Positions 1 through 13,496 of a stretch of 64,000 nt of DNA are shown piece by piece (positions within the stretch are counted from its first letter, which is position 1; each line of letters begins with the position of its first letter). Made by a program: the position numbers and the translations under genes. Under the pieces are notes generated by a model that did not search any database, was not told where the DNA came from, and was given only the letters and a program-made list of their open reading frames with translations. This DNA is from Bispira polyomma (taxonomy: Eukaryota). The stretch covers positions 26,102,001 to 26,166,000 of the forward strand of contig OZ287752.1 in assembly GCA_965649765.1 (NCBI GenBank), read 5' to 3'.

Positions 1-524
1 ATATAAATGTTGTATAATAATAATATTGAAGACTGGTCTTGGCCTAAGTTTTGGCTGAGTCTAAGACCTTTTGTAAATACCGCCTCTGCTGATTCATTCA
101 GTGCATGAAGTAAAAGTGCTAATCACCCAACCAATACTATGTATCAACTTGTGTTTCAGGTATGATACACAGATGCCTATGTCTATCTACTCAGTAAATG
201 TTACAGAATTTGGCAAACAGTGATGATCAAAACTTAACACCCATTGACCAAGTTCCTTTCAAAATACTGTCATAGTTTTGTGATAATATACTTTTTATTT
301 GCAAAGTTTATTGGCCAGATATTGATATGTTGTAAAAGCAGATTATAATTTCGCGTTTATACATTTGATAGCTGCACTAATGCTAATTTACAGTTTAGTC
401 AGAGATGGAGTTTTCTCTATACAATAAAAGAACTTTGCAATAAACTTATTTTCAAAGTAACTATTAGGGCCATACTTGTCTCCAATGAAACTATTTAAAA
501 CCGTTATTTATTACATTTTAATGT

Positions 525-1941
525 CTAATGATAGATATTTAATTTGCAATTAGACTCAAAATATAGCAAAGTTAAAAAAGCATTCCAAAATCCAAAACCT
601 AGTACTAAAACGCAATACCAAAAAAATACCTTGTACTTCACCTTCCACTTGATATGCCTCAACAGGCTCATAATATATGTTAAACATATCAAAAAGAAGC
701 TCTGTAAAACTAGTGAAAACATCACAGAGAAACCAAAAGTGATACAATCAGTTTTACTTGGTGGTTCCCTCTCCTTATTTGCTGCATATATATAAGCAAA
801 CAAAAATACACAGCAATAAGTCAGTAACATAACAGCACACGTTTGTCCATTCACAGAGTTTATAACTTCAATGTTTGACTCCATATCAAGGCCTTGTTCC
901 AATTCAGTCGAAGTACCAATCTCACATTTGCCAGAAGACAAATAACCGCCAACCAATTCTTTCTCAGCGTCGACTATAGCATCAATGTCATCAGTATCAA
1001 TGTTTACCTCTTCTGAACTCAGAGCCACAGTTTTTGCATCCAGTTCCTGCAAGGACTGTATGACATATTTCAGTGGACTTCTGCCTAATGTTTCCAATTC
1101 TGCCTTTAAGGTATCAATCCTGTGCAACTTATCTTGTACTGAAGCTTTCACTGGGGAAATCAAGTCCTTCTTTTCTTGTAAAAATGTTCCAATATCCTCT
1201 TTTAGAAGTTCTAAATTTTCCTTCAACTGAGCCAACAAGGAGAGTCCTTGTCTTGTAATCTCTTGTGACTTATGCTCTAAAATCTCATATTTACTTTCAA
1301 ATTTTGCTTTATGCTGGCTTAGATTTATCAGCACATCGTGTCATAAGTTCTTCTCTCCTTTCCTGAAGAGACCACACCAATTCCCTGTGTCCAACATGTT
1401 TCAGGGACACCATACATTTCACACATACTGCCATATTACACACTTTGCAATACATTTTCTTGAAGACCCCATTGTGCTTCTCGCATAGACTGTACTCCAT
1501 TTGATTGATCTGTTGGAATTTCTCTTCATCATCCAGTGAAAGGATGAGTACCTTGTGTTGCAGGAAGTCACCTGTCTCTGAATGTCTTATATGACATGCT
1601 ACACATAGCAATTCAAAACAATTTTCACAGAAGTAAACAGAGTCAGTGATACAGTGGGAACAACTGTACATGTCTGACGTCGCTTGTAACTCATTGATCT
1701 TCTCAATAACATCTGTCAAAATCCAGTTATCAGCCAGATTTGTACCATTGTTGTGCTCTGCTTGGCAGAGTGGACATTTGAAGGAGCCCGTATTGTAAAC
1801 TGTACTTTCACAGATATGGTTTTGGATGCACTCTTGGCAGAATGTATGGCCACAGGGAAGCAGTTTTGGTACTGTGAAAACTTCCATACAGATGGGGCAC
1901 TCTAAGTTTTCCTTTACTGTCCGAAACATCAGGGCAGACAT
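525..1941 (-). pseudogene. TRIM-family E3 ligase (RING, B-box x2, coiled coil, ~3 C-terminal TM helices) split by a single frameshift near 1324-1326; frameshifted allele, pseudogene or assembly error
   Basis: ORF 1309-1941 has a C3HC4 RING (CPICMEVFTVPKLLPCGHTFCQEC...CPLC), B-box1 (CSHC...FCENCFELLCVACH...H) and B-box2 (CEKH...YCKVCNMAVCVKC...H..H). Overlapping ORF 525-1334 has a coiled coil and 3 hydrophobic helices. Deleting one A from GAT-AAA-TCT gives a continuous 471-aa protein. A splice acceptor (tttatttcag|TCAACATG) lies just upstream of the ATG. Confidence 0.85.
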
Positions 1942-3078
1942 GTTGACTGAAATAAAGCAAATGTCAAAACCAATATGTTACTTTACTTGTGGTCAACATT
2001 TTAAGGTGGCATTTTGTTCTTACTGATGTATATTAGTGGTTAACATTTATATTTTGATAATAAATTATGTAGTGACAGATATAGCTAAGTTATTTTTAAG
2101 AACAATATTTCTGGCAAGTATTCTGGATAGAGAATATGCATACACAAAATAAGAATATATTAGTAAGATGTACTAAATTAATACAGAAATCCCCTTTACC
2201 TGTACTAAGGAGAGATGAAAAGCATCAATATACAACTGCTGCTGTATTTATTGTAAATACAGATCAGGCCTGGGTGGATTTGTGATTTTATTTTTGGGGT
2301 TTAACGTCGCTTTCAGCACATTGCATGGGTCATATGAAGACCAGCAGTTCAATAGTGGAGGAAGTCAGTTAATACTAATTTCTACTTGGTTAACATTCTA
2401 CACTGGCACTTCACTGCCAACTTTGCCACTTAACGCCCTGGTTGAGATTTTAACCAGAACCGTAGAGGTGGGAGGCTAGTGTGTTAGCACTGCAACACCG
2501 AGGCTCCAGCCTGATATGGATATGTTTGCCCTACAAGCATTATTAATCATCATCATACGATGGACAATATTGTGGAATGTAAGGTATTGTTTGACCTAAG
2601 GTACTATTATTATTGGACTGGAGGTTGGCCATTGGCATTGGTATTACAGCATCTATGTGTTTCCTCAGTTTCACTTGTAACTTTGGAATTGCAGGATATC
2701 AGTGGGATATATTGATTGACTTTTGCATTCACAGTATATAGGCAAAAGATGCTGGTTATCCTGGATTTGACCTTAAACTTCACAAATACAGCTCTATGGG
2801 TTTGAGGTATTGCTTAATTTCAGATTGGCCATTAAATTTGAAATTGTAGCCAATGGTTGCAGGATTTTGTTTTGGCCTCTGTATAAACTTTGATTTGGAA
2901 TTGTTTTGATGTAAAATATTAAACCAGGTGTAGGGTTTATCTAAGCTATTTTCAATACAGTAAACTAGAATATTAAATTGACATAAATCATGCTTTCAAT
3001 TTTGAGAGTATCAACAACAAAGGGATAAATACTGCCATTTACTACTTCATATATTACACAACATAGTATATATATATA

Positions 3079-4091
3079 TGTTACAGTAAATATGTGAAAT
3101 CAGTAAAACGAGTATTTACTGAAATTTTTAGTAAATACGCGTATTTACTGATTTGGTCAGTAAATACGCGTAATCCCTAAAAATTTCAGTAAGAGAGTTT
3201 GTTGAGTTAGTATGCTATGTGGACTGCTATATTGTGAAACACTTTATTTCTGTGTCAAGTGGATATAAACAGGTTATTATATACATTTTGTTGAACTCAT
3301 TGGCGTGAACTGGATATAAAGTTAAGGATTTACCGGAGCGTGGAACTGCTACAATTGGATATTGTTTGCATCCCGGACTGGATAGCTCAGTTGTGCAGAC
3401 GTTCTGGATATATACATTTTGTGTTCGTGGACACCAAACAGATAACAGAATACAGGCATTGTGTGTTAGTGGACACCGAGCGGATCTCAAGACAGATTGC
3501 TGGATACAGTGGACAAATTTGTTTAACTGTTAATAACGTAGATAGGATTGTGGTCAGGTCAGATTGGTTTCATTATCGTATTATTGTATGAACTATTAAG
3601 AGTATCTCAGTTGACTGTATTTGTTATTTTAATTGTTAAACAAATTTGTTAAGTGAAACTTTTTGTTTTTTCCTGTTACAACTAAAAAGCAACCGGTAAT
3701 TGCTACCGCGCTTGCTCCCGTGACCGTGACATAGACTTTATTTAATAAAATAGTAATTTAAAATTATATTTAATTTTCACAGTTTTATATTTATTCACTT
3801 TTAAATGTAAAACAAATAAGATTGTTCAATTTGTATATAATATGTGTAAACATATATTTTGACAACCCTTGTGTAAATGGACAATAATGTAAATACAAAA
3901 TACATGTGATGTAGCATGTTTTAAAGTGACCTAACTAAATCCAGACACTTTAAAAAGTTTAAACACAAACCACCAAATAATACTACATGTATATCATATG
4001 CATGAGAAAGACTAATGAATTCACAAAACATTGATATTTATCTTTTAAATGTCAATAAAACCCTTGAATTAAATTTTCACATATTTACTGT

Positions 4092-4095
<4 letters not shown>
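3079..4095. mobile_element. Non-autonomous TIR element (TGT...ACA termini) inserted in a (TA)n microsatellite
   Basis: Perfect 21-bp inverted repeat TGTTACAGTAAATATGTGAAA (3079-3099) / TTTCACATATTTACTGTAACA (4075-4095), with TA repeats on both flanks. Confidence 0.7.

Positions 4096-4161
<66 letters not shown>
4095..4161. repeat. (TA)n(GA)n compound microsatellite
   Basis: Direct reading of the sequence. Confidence 0.95.
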
Positions 4162-4354
4162 TATTTAATACCTAATACCTAATATGACATACAGGTAGTG
4201 AATGGAGTGTAGGGTATACTATATGGAGATATGCAAATAGACTTTGGTCTATATCCCTACATAGTAGTCATTTATTAATTATAAGGTTCCTTCTTCTTAA
4301 TTTTAAAAACGTTAATCAATAGCTTGATATATAGGTATTAGTGACATTATGCAG

Positions 4355-4461
4355 GGGCCGTATTCACGAAGGGACTTAGCCAGGTCTTAGGCTTAAATCA
4401 GTATACTTTTTTGCTAGATTTAAGCCTAAGACCCGGCTAAGTCCTTTCGTGAATACGGGCC
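4355..4461. mobile_element. Palindromic MITE, PIF/Harbinger-like
   Basis: ~45-bp near-perfect TIRs (GGGCCGTATTCACGAAGGGACTTAGCC...), 3-bp TSD CAG; sister copy at 53011-53117. Confidence 0.8.
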
Positions 4462-6959
4462 CAGGGATTCAAAGTACTACATATATTTATCTATTTCTAC
4501 GCTACTTCCTCACTAATTATAGTTGGTAACTAAGCATGAACAAATTGAAATTTGATTTTCTATAACCCCCATTTTAGATTACATTAGTTCTCTTACATAA
4601 ATAAATGTATACCAATAAAATATCAAAATTACCTACCACTTGGGTGTGTAAATATAGTTCTGCTCTTGTAGTTTTTATTCCAAACTGAATACGCAAAACA
4701 AAGTTAAATATGTCTTCGACACTAACTTTGTGGGTATCAAAACAGGTACTCTAAATACACATTGAATAGAAATTGATCAGGGCAAAGGGTTTTAGTTATT
4801 GATCTGGTCGATAAGCATGTTAAAAATACTAAAAAAAAACAGCATGCGTGTAAGTGGTCTTGTTCTCGTATTTGGTGACATGATCAATACACACACAGCC
4901 TAATACATTTTACACCTTTTTATATGTAATATAGTTGTGTCAAAATATTTGTTACAACTAGGTTTGACTGGTAAAACACTTGTTCAGGTTTTCTGTGTAA
5001 ATATTAGTCAGTGTTCTCTCTATGAAAATTGAGCACATTTTGCTAGGATGATATTTTTTCTGAAAATTGAAACACAAATGATGAAAGAAATGATGCATAG
5101 ATACTAATATCATGTCTTTAGAATTAAGAAAAATTTAACATTTAAATGTTTGGTTAAAATTTAACATGACCACCAATGCCTTGACTGAGGACATGATTTA
5201 GTTTAAATTGCATTTGCAATTTGCAAATACGAACACTTCACTGGCATTATATTGGTGTCTTGCCTCCCAACTTTGCAATTGTGGGCAGAATTTCTGTCAC
5301 ATCCTGTTTGTAAGAAAGTTGGCACTGAAGTTGTTGGTCAGTCGATTTTTGCTCTATCAATATATTTCCTGTTGCGATATAAATATGCAGTTCTTCAAAG
5401 CACCATTTTGGTCAAAATAAATAAATCCAAGATGGCTGTCAAAATAAGAGTATATTCTGAGGATTCTTGCAATTAGGAGCTTTAGTAGAGCTCAAAAATA
5501 TTAAAAAAACTAAGATTAATGTTTTCAAAACACTGCTAGTAAATTCAAGGTAACCTTCATGGGTTTAAAATGAGCATAAGCAATTTTTGAAATTCACTGT
5601 AACTGCCACAATATAAAATAGAAACCAGATGTAATTTCTAAAATGTAAGTGGCAAACTTTCAGTATGGCTATCTTCCATTGTGGTCTTGTGGGTAACACA
5701 CTCGCTTAGAAACACAGGGGCCCTGGGTTCCATTCCAGCCTGGGACGACCAGATATACGGACAAATACACAGTGGCTCCGATGACAACTTAAAATGACCA
5801 TCCCGATTCCATGGGTCCTACACCCAGTGGAGGTTTAACGAACCTTGGATGGCGTTGATCAAAGGTCATTCTCAAGCCTCTTTCTCTTCAGTATAAGGAA
5901 TGACAATAGTAGGCCATTCTTAGAAAGTCAAGGAGAGATAAATAAGTGCTTTAAATAACAGATAAAGGTCTAAAAATGGGCTGATAATGAAATCCTGTAC
6001 CTGTCATTATACCTAAATCCACTGCAAAATTTAATAAATTCTTTTGAAGCTTATGTTCCATTCCTCTAGCAAATCTGACATAAAGCAGTACTTCCTATGT
6101 AGTACTGGTGACAAACAAACTGACACAGGCCAAAACATAACTCATTGACAGTGGTAAAAATGTAAGGTGTGTATGTGCAATTCATGAACATTAAACTAGC
6201 TCTTTTCAAAATGAGTGCATTGTGACTTTGATCAACAACCAAATATAATGCACTCATGTAAGTTACTGCTTGCATTTTGCACGAGTGTGGAATTTAGATG
6301 AAACCAGAATCAATCGTGCAAACAAATGGGAAATAAAGTAATAAATAAGTAAATAAACCTTTTGCTTCAGGATATTTTACAGATAATAATAGACAGAGCT
6401 ATGGTGAGGACAATGGAAAAGTGGTGAAGACGTGTTAAATGTGTATATCAAGACAACAGAGCAGTCTCATTGAAGTACCTTTTAACTTTGTACAAAAGCA
6501 CCTGCTGTAAATCTGTAATTACAAATTAAACAAAGAAATCCTTTTTCGTGCAAAACTCTCACGAACTGGCCGTTTATGAGTTTACTGTCTAATAAATCCA
6601 GTTATTATTATTTTCCTGTTTATCAAAGCAAGAGAGAAGTCACTGGTTGCAACACTTGTACAGCTTAAAAAGATTAGTGCCTTACTTTTTTACTGCTTCT
6701 CATTAGAACTATGCATGATATATCCAGATGCATCATTTGGAAATGTCTGTTTTTCCTCAAGGTATAATAAGTGAAGACATTTTTGAGGGGGAACATGTGT
6801 GCTGCCATAAAAAAGGGGTGTGGAATGCTTTGTTCATGGATCAATTTGGAGAGCAAACAAACGTAAGATATAGGAAAGGCAAGGGGGTTCTTGTTTGAAA
6901 AAGCCTTTGTGAAGAACAATTAGCTGGGCTGTACAATATCTAATCATCTTTGCAATACG

Positions 6960-9900
6960 TTTTCTCTGGTGTATTATAAAATGTTTGAGGAGTCCCCTGA
7001 AGGATCTAACACAGAAACCCACAAGGAAGAAGGGCTATGGCGAAAGCAATTAGATGCTTTAGACAGAAGTAAAATCTTCGCAGCAGTTATGGAATGCACA
7101 AATCCACTGTCAACCAAAGAACAAGATCCACTTATAAATGTTGTGACAGGTGGTGTGTCCCCAGAGATAGTAAATGTGGAATATGCACTGGTAATTGGTG
7201 AATCAATGGCAGATAAGTTTAGTTCTACCCTTCCGGGAGGTTCTATTCACCGTTAAGAAAAAGTGTGACAACAATGGAAGTAGTAAGCAAAAAGAGTTTG
7301 GAGGTTGGAGCAGGGAAAACGTAAGACATGGAAAAACTCTATACAAGGCTATTGGGAATTTCTCAAAAAAAGAGACATAAACTTATAAGACCGATTTAGG
7401 TATGAACCTTCTCCTGTGCCTTCATCTTTATTTGCTGAATACAGGGAAATAAGAAAAGGAGGAAAGCATACTTCATTGAGAAAATTTGGCATGCTTTGCT
7501 GCAACCCCTATGTTGCTAGTAGATTTAGAAATTATAGATAGTAATGAGGCATTATACCGTGTGGTTTGGCCCAAAATAGGCTCTGTGAAGAACTTTAATG
7601 AGTTTTATATGCTTTCCTTGTCAAAGAAATACGTCGCTTATGTTATTTTTGACAAATATTTGCCAAATTCAAATAAAAGTCATAAACGAAGCAGGCGTGC
7701 TGGTGGAATTGTACCACAACAAAATAAACTAAGTCTTGATACACATTTTTCCCCGCAAGATGTCATTATGAAGAGTGACTTTAACCTGACAGTTAATTAA
7801 CCTACTTAACAGTTGCAAGACTGAACACCCTCTTCTGTACTTAATCGGTGAAGATCAGTGACGTTAGATGTTATTATTATTAGCTACCTTCTCTGGTTTC
7901 ATAATAATTTCAAATATGTTCAGATTACAGATGATGACACACACATTTTTATCTTATTGGTGTACTTTGTTTGGAAATATGATTTCAAGATCCAAATCTC
8001 AATGAAAAAGCATGCCAGGAAGATCATTAACATAAATGAATCTGCAACAAAGCTTGGCTCAAATGTGAGAATTTGATGCACCTCCATGCATTAAAAGTTG
8101 TGACAGTGTTTTATATTATTTAAATTATGAATTTTTAACACGTTTTATTGATGCTAGGCATCTTCTAAAGCACAACAGCAGAATCATTGATCCAATCGTG
8201 AAGTCGATGGGCATAGCAAATTCGTAAGGAAAGAAGTGGGAGCTTGCATGAAGGAAGCTAAGGTGGGTAGGCAAGGTTAAAAAGATAGCTTTTAAGCTTT
8301 TTCCTAAAACTGATGAGTGTATCAACTGATCTGAGGTCAACTGGGAGAGTGTTCCATAACAAAGGAGCTGCAATGGGAAAAGCTCTGGATCCCGCCTTCC
8401 TGATGGGTCTGACCGAAGAAACAGAGAGTCTGTTGCCTCTCTTACGGTTATTGAAGGAGAGAAGGGAAGTAAGGTATTGCTATTGGAAGTAAGGCTGTTG
8501 AGTGACTACAGCCTTAAAAGTGGTAACGTGAATTTTGAACAAAATTTGAGACTGAATGTGGTGCCAGTGTAATTTTTTGAGGTAAAGAGTGACGAAAAAT
8601 CACCCTGCATAGGTAGTTTTGAATGGGCTGGAGCTTGTTAATATGTGACTTGTTTACTCTGAACAAAAGAGAATTGCAGTAGTCGAGGCGGCTGCTCACA
8701 AGGGCATTAGCCACAGTTATTGCAGTGTCTATTGACAGGTGGTTTTGGATTCTTTTAATGTTGCGTATATGGTAATAGCAGGAGCGACAGATGTTGGCAA
8801 TATGAGTGTCAAACAAAAAAGCTGAATTAAAAGTGACACCCAGGTTATTGGCATTTTCGGAAGTAAGTATGTCTCTTCCCAGAAGGTAAATGGGAAACAA
8901 AGATTTAAAGAATTCACTGTTTCTTGTTTCCAATGAGAATGAATTCCGTTTTGTCCTGGTTTAGTTTTACTTTGAAGAAGTTCATCAAAGCCTGGACAGA
9001 CAGTCTGCAAGTAGGTCAATATTTTTTTTGCATTTGGCGGGTTGAGAGAGACATAGACTTGAGTGTCATTGGAGTGTTTTATATTATGATTATTGATGAC
9101 AGTGCTGAGAGGATATGTATAAAGGGTGAAAATTAGAGGCCCAAAGACGGATCCCTGGGGTACTCTGTATGGTAGGTTTGTGGAAGATTATAGGTAATCA
9201 TCTAATTTAGTTCTTGTGCTCTAATAGTGAGGTAAGATCTGGTTCATTCAAGGGCACTGCCATTTATTCTAAACCACTGCTTGAGAGTGTCGCAGAGCAG
9301 GCCATGATCAATAGTGTTGAATGCTGTTTAAATATCTAGAAGGGTGAGCGCCAATGTTTTATCTGTTTAGGTTGTCAGAAATTTGTTGTGCTACAGCTTT
9401 CTCGATAACTTTAGAGACAAAACTGAAGTTTGACATCAGTCTGTAGTTTTCGAGCTGGTTCTTATCGAGCCCTTGTTACATTTGCAGTCTTGAAACAGGT
9501 CGAAAAAATGGGTGAGACTAGAATGTTTTAGAACATCCTGCTCGGACAGTGTGCAGAAATAGAACAGGTTAGAAACCTTATAACCTGGGGTTGGAGGACA
9601 GAAATGAATGTTGCTGATTTTATCAATGAAAATTTTTCAAAATTTATCCACTGAAAATGTAAGACAGTAATTTATGGGGAGAATTTTCTCGGATGTTCGA
9701 TGCAGAATTTGGTTAATGGAGGCCCATAGCCTTTTGGGATTGTCTTCATTGTCACTGATGATGGAGTCGTAGTGCTTCCTTTTGGCACTAGATATTAACC
9801 TGTTTGAATTGTTTGTGGCGATGCGGTAATGGCTTCTATCAAAAGAGGATTTGGTACGACGCCATGGACGTTTGAGTTGGCATTGATGTCTTTTAACCTC

Positions 9901-10785
9901 TGTGATGGCGGCATTTGTCCATTTATTGGGGTTTGTTGGGAGAAAGGGTTTTAGATACCCATGGAGCATGTTTATTAAGGATAATAGAAAGGCTGTTATT
10001 GTATTGTAAGTTGAGGCTATCAGCATTAATATCAGGCTATATCCTTTTGGAAAGGAAAAATTTTAATTTCACAGATTTTTCAAACTTTCAAACTCTCATC
10101 TGGTGCCCTACATGCAGTAATAGCCCTCTTGATATAGATGTAACAAAATTTGGATGGGAGAAGAGAGATCAAGATATTCTCTATCCAGTGTATGGATCAG
10201 CTATTGTTGCACCACCAAGCCTCCAACAAGTTGTTGCTTGTTCAGTTTTTCTGAAACTCCATGCAGCAGTAATCGATGTAGTTGTCACAGAGCCAGATTA
10301 TCTTGTACATCCTATTGTCACTGTAAGGCTGAAAACAAATGTGCCAATAAAAACACTACCCCATCCACCTGTACTTAAAGAATCTGATGATGAATAACTA
10401 TATATACATACATGTTGCATTGCAATTGACACTTTGCAAAAAATGACAAGGTCATTTCTTGCTAGGGTTTGTTGCTTTTATATGGTAGTCATCTTAAATG
10501 TGCCTAATATCTTATAAATGTTGCAGGAATGTATTAGAGTGTAACATTCTGAAGTAAATGATATATTACACTTAAAAATTTACAAAGAAATAACGATTTA
10601 ATGAGCATTTTCGATATACTAGGGTCTGTATGGCGGCCATCTTGAATTTCGGTGAATAAAAAAATGCTCACCAATGCCAGAGTGACAGCCGTCAGATTAT
10701 TGATCTAGATCTTCTAAAGATTTTATTTCTGCAAAAACACCTTGTTCATACTAAATTTCACGCTTTTCACATTTCTACTGGACTA
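6960..10785 (+). mobile_element. Decayed Academ (AcademX-like) DNA transposon with XPG/PIN-like nuclease and C-terminal Cys-rich finger, interrupted by a LINE
   Basis: Frameshifted fragments: LINVVTG, YEPSPVPSSLF, IIDSNEALYRVVWP, YVIFDKY, DDDTHIFILLVYF, LHAL.(G)CDSVLY|PFGK, FGW, VVACS...CSSNRCSCHRARLSCTSYCHC...C.N. Right end ...TTCTACTGGACTA ends in CTA as expected for Academ. Left terminus not located. Confidence 0.65.
8117..10037 (-). mobile_element. 5'-truncated, degraded CR1/L2-group LINE (RT and 3' end) with TATAT target-site duplication
   Basis: Motifs PQGSVFGPL, NLGVTF, HIANICRSCYYHIRNIKRI, ALVSSRLDYCNSLL, PKRLWASINQILH; TATAT at 8112-8116 and 10038-10042. Confidence 0.85.
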
Positions 10786-12662
10786 TTAATGATACTACAC
10801 TATGAGAAGGGTAGGATAGTAGGCGTGGTGTTTATACTTCATGATACACACACACACTGGGTGTACATCTATATGTTAATTGGTTTACAAACCTTTATAG
10901 GAACTACCAAATAGGGAAAAGGTAGCAGTTTTTATGAATTTTGAAAACCATTAACATATTTCTCTGTGCCAGCCTTTAAATACATACATGTATATGTACG
11001 AGTATACATATTGGTAAGCTGGCAGCCGTGGTCCATTCAGAAGTCTCTTTTGCTATAATGACTCAGTCGTGTTGAAGTGTATAATTAAATCTCCAAATTA
11101 CAGCCTAAAATAACACCAACAAAGAAAAATTATGTAAAAGTCCTTCTCAATACACAATAACTTACCAATTGTGATCGAAAATCCCTTAAGACAATGCCCA
11201 TTTTGCTAACCACAGACTCCATTGTGTGAGCCTGTACATTATATGTGTGTGCATTGGTAATTAAAATGGCTCAACCGTGACTGATCAGTACATTTAATAC
11301 TCCTTCTCTTGTTTGGCGATACTCCTTGGCTAAATGCACAAGGCACCCTTAATAAATTCTGTAAAACACAATGCATTCATAATAAGGGGGGGGGGGGGGG
11401 GGATTTTAACGACATGATAAACCACTTACATATATTTAGGACAGATTTGGAAAAAAATTCTTCTCACTGATAAGGTTCTATAAGATTTACCATGAGTTAC
11501 ATATGTGGTACCACGGCATGTGTAATACTCTCAGCACACAGAGAAGAATGCGGGCCTTTTGTTATGGATAAATAAATCTATATATTATCTCTACATATTT
11601 GCACAGTTATTCTCAATCTAATTGGGCCAGTGAATAGTGCATATGGGGGAGAGAGAGGAATATATCTTATTGTTGACCTTCTTACACATAGGAAATGATT
11701 TGGTCCAAATAGAATTGGTAAACATCAGCGCCGTGGAACGTGTTTGCTTTTAATTTATAGTCACACCCTCCACTTCCCTATATGTGAAGATTAGGATATT
11801 CAAAAAAAAAAGTTGGATTTAAAGGGATTATATAATTAGTGTGTGGAACTTTAAGATTAAACCAGGTTTACATTGGTATTTGAGAAGGTAGCAAGAAACA
11901 TTTTTGTCTTTAAGATGATTTATGTGTACTATACTACCAGATATTTTATTAGAGAACCGGCGAAGGCATTTGACAAAGTTTGGACACACAGATATATTTA
12001 TATATAAGAAGTTCTCTTTTACCAAATACACAAAGAATGCCGTCATACACAAGTGATTTATATGGGTGTATATGCATGTTTCGTAGATAATATTTTAGTG
12101 AAAGGCGAGAGCTTGCTACATTATTTGGAGCTAGGGTGTGTGTGTTGTGTATAATATCCTCACCTCCTTCTTCGTTTATAAGGCCAAATGCGTGCATTGT
12201 GTTTACCTTCCATCTCGTCACACTTCAAGGAGTTTGTTTATGAGTCATCATTACATGTGTGTTTTGAGAGAGAAGGGAGAAACGTGTATGTCATAGAGTG
12301 AACAGAAGATGTCATATAGGAGGTGGACCAATGACAGAATGAATATATAATATCTTTTACCTATAGTGTGTCATATAGTAGTCGTATATACTGTAAACGA
12401 TTTTAAGTGAATTACAACATTCTCTAGCTCTGTGTAGAAAGAAGCATATTAGTTTTTATATAATTCAAGGATATATATTATGATTATTACAATTTCCATA
12501 TCTACCTGTATTTATACAATGTATATCTGGTGAATCTAGTTACGTGTACATTAAATAATGGATCGAGTGAATGGTGGGGGACATGATTATGTCAGTTAAA
12601 TTAAACAATGTAATTTAGTGAACTTTATGAAAAGTTTCTGTACTAATTTTACATGGATATGG

Positions 12663-13003
12663 ATAATGGATGTATACAGGATACAATTTAAACATCTTGT
12701 GATATATACTAGTACAGGGAGTGTTTTTCTTAACATCAAATTAGCAGTTGATTAACCTTTAATTACCCCAAGGATTCACCATGGCAAAGTTTCCTATATT
12801 CAGTAAGCTGCACAGTCTATAATGGACGTATACAGGATATAATTTAAACATTGTGATATATACTAGTACAGGTATTGTTTTTGTTATTATCTACTAAGCA
12901 GTGAATTAAGGGTACGGATTAAGCTTTTATTACATATTTAAAACATCCCAAGGATTCATCATGGCAGAGTTGGCTGTATTCAGTAGGAAGCTGTCCAGTC
13001 TAT
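12663..13003 (+). repeat. Diverged tandem duplication of the start region, creating uORF 12781-12822
   Basis: ATAATGGA.GTATACAGGATA...CCCAAGGATTCA.CATGGCA.AGTT occurs twice; the upstream copy reads MAKFPIFSKLHSL*. Confidence 0.85.
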
Positions 13004-13496
13004 CAAGGATATCTTCTATATTTTATATGCTGATGACACTACCGCTACTCTATCGTGAAATCTCTGCCACAGGACAGTTGTATTACCCGCCGTTCATTAA
13101 CCTAGCCCTAGACAAGCCAGTAGAACTCTTCCCTGAAAATGCTATATGCGGGTTAGAGCAGGCCTCGGAATTTTGTGAGAGTCGAACCCAGCAACAAAAC
13201 TTGTGCGACAAACTTGAGTGTCATGTGTCCTGTGGTGGTTCCGTTGACCTTCCTCATCATGACAATCTGTTTGAAGTACTCAACAATACACTTCCAAAAG
13301 AATGCGGCATACAGCGCAGTGCTTTTCGAGCTCCAGGGTCATCGCAGGATTCCTACGAGTTCCTATCTACAAACTCCTCTAGTGCGTGCTCTCTAAGTCT
13401 GTTAAAGAGCTCATTACTATTGCTATGGCTTCAGTCCAGCTGGAGTAAGACCTTAACGTTCTGGATCTGGAATGATCTGGAGGATTTACAGCAAGG
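12961..13496 (+). CDS. Receptor exon 1: signal peptide and usherin-like N-terminus
   Basis: ...ISATG|[36 protein letters not shown] resembles the usherin N-terminus; donor GG|gtaggt. Confidence 0.85.
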
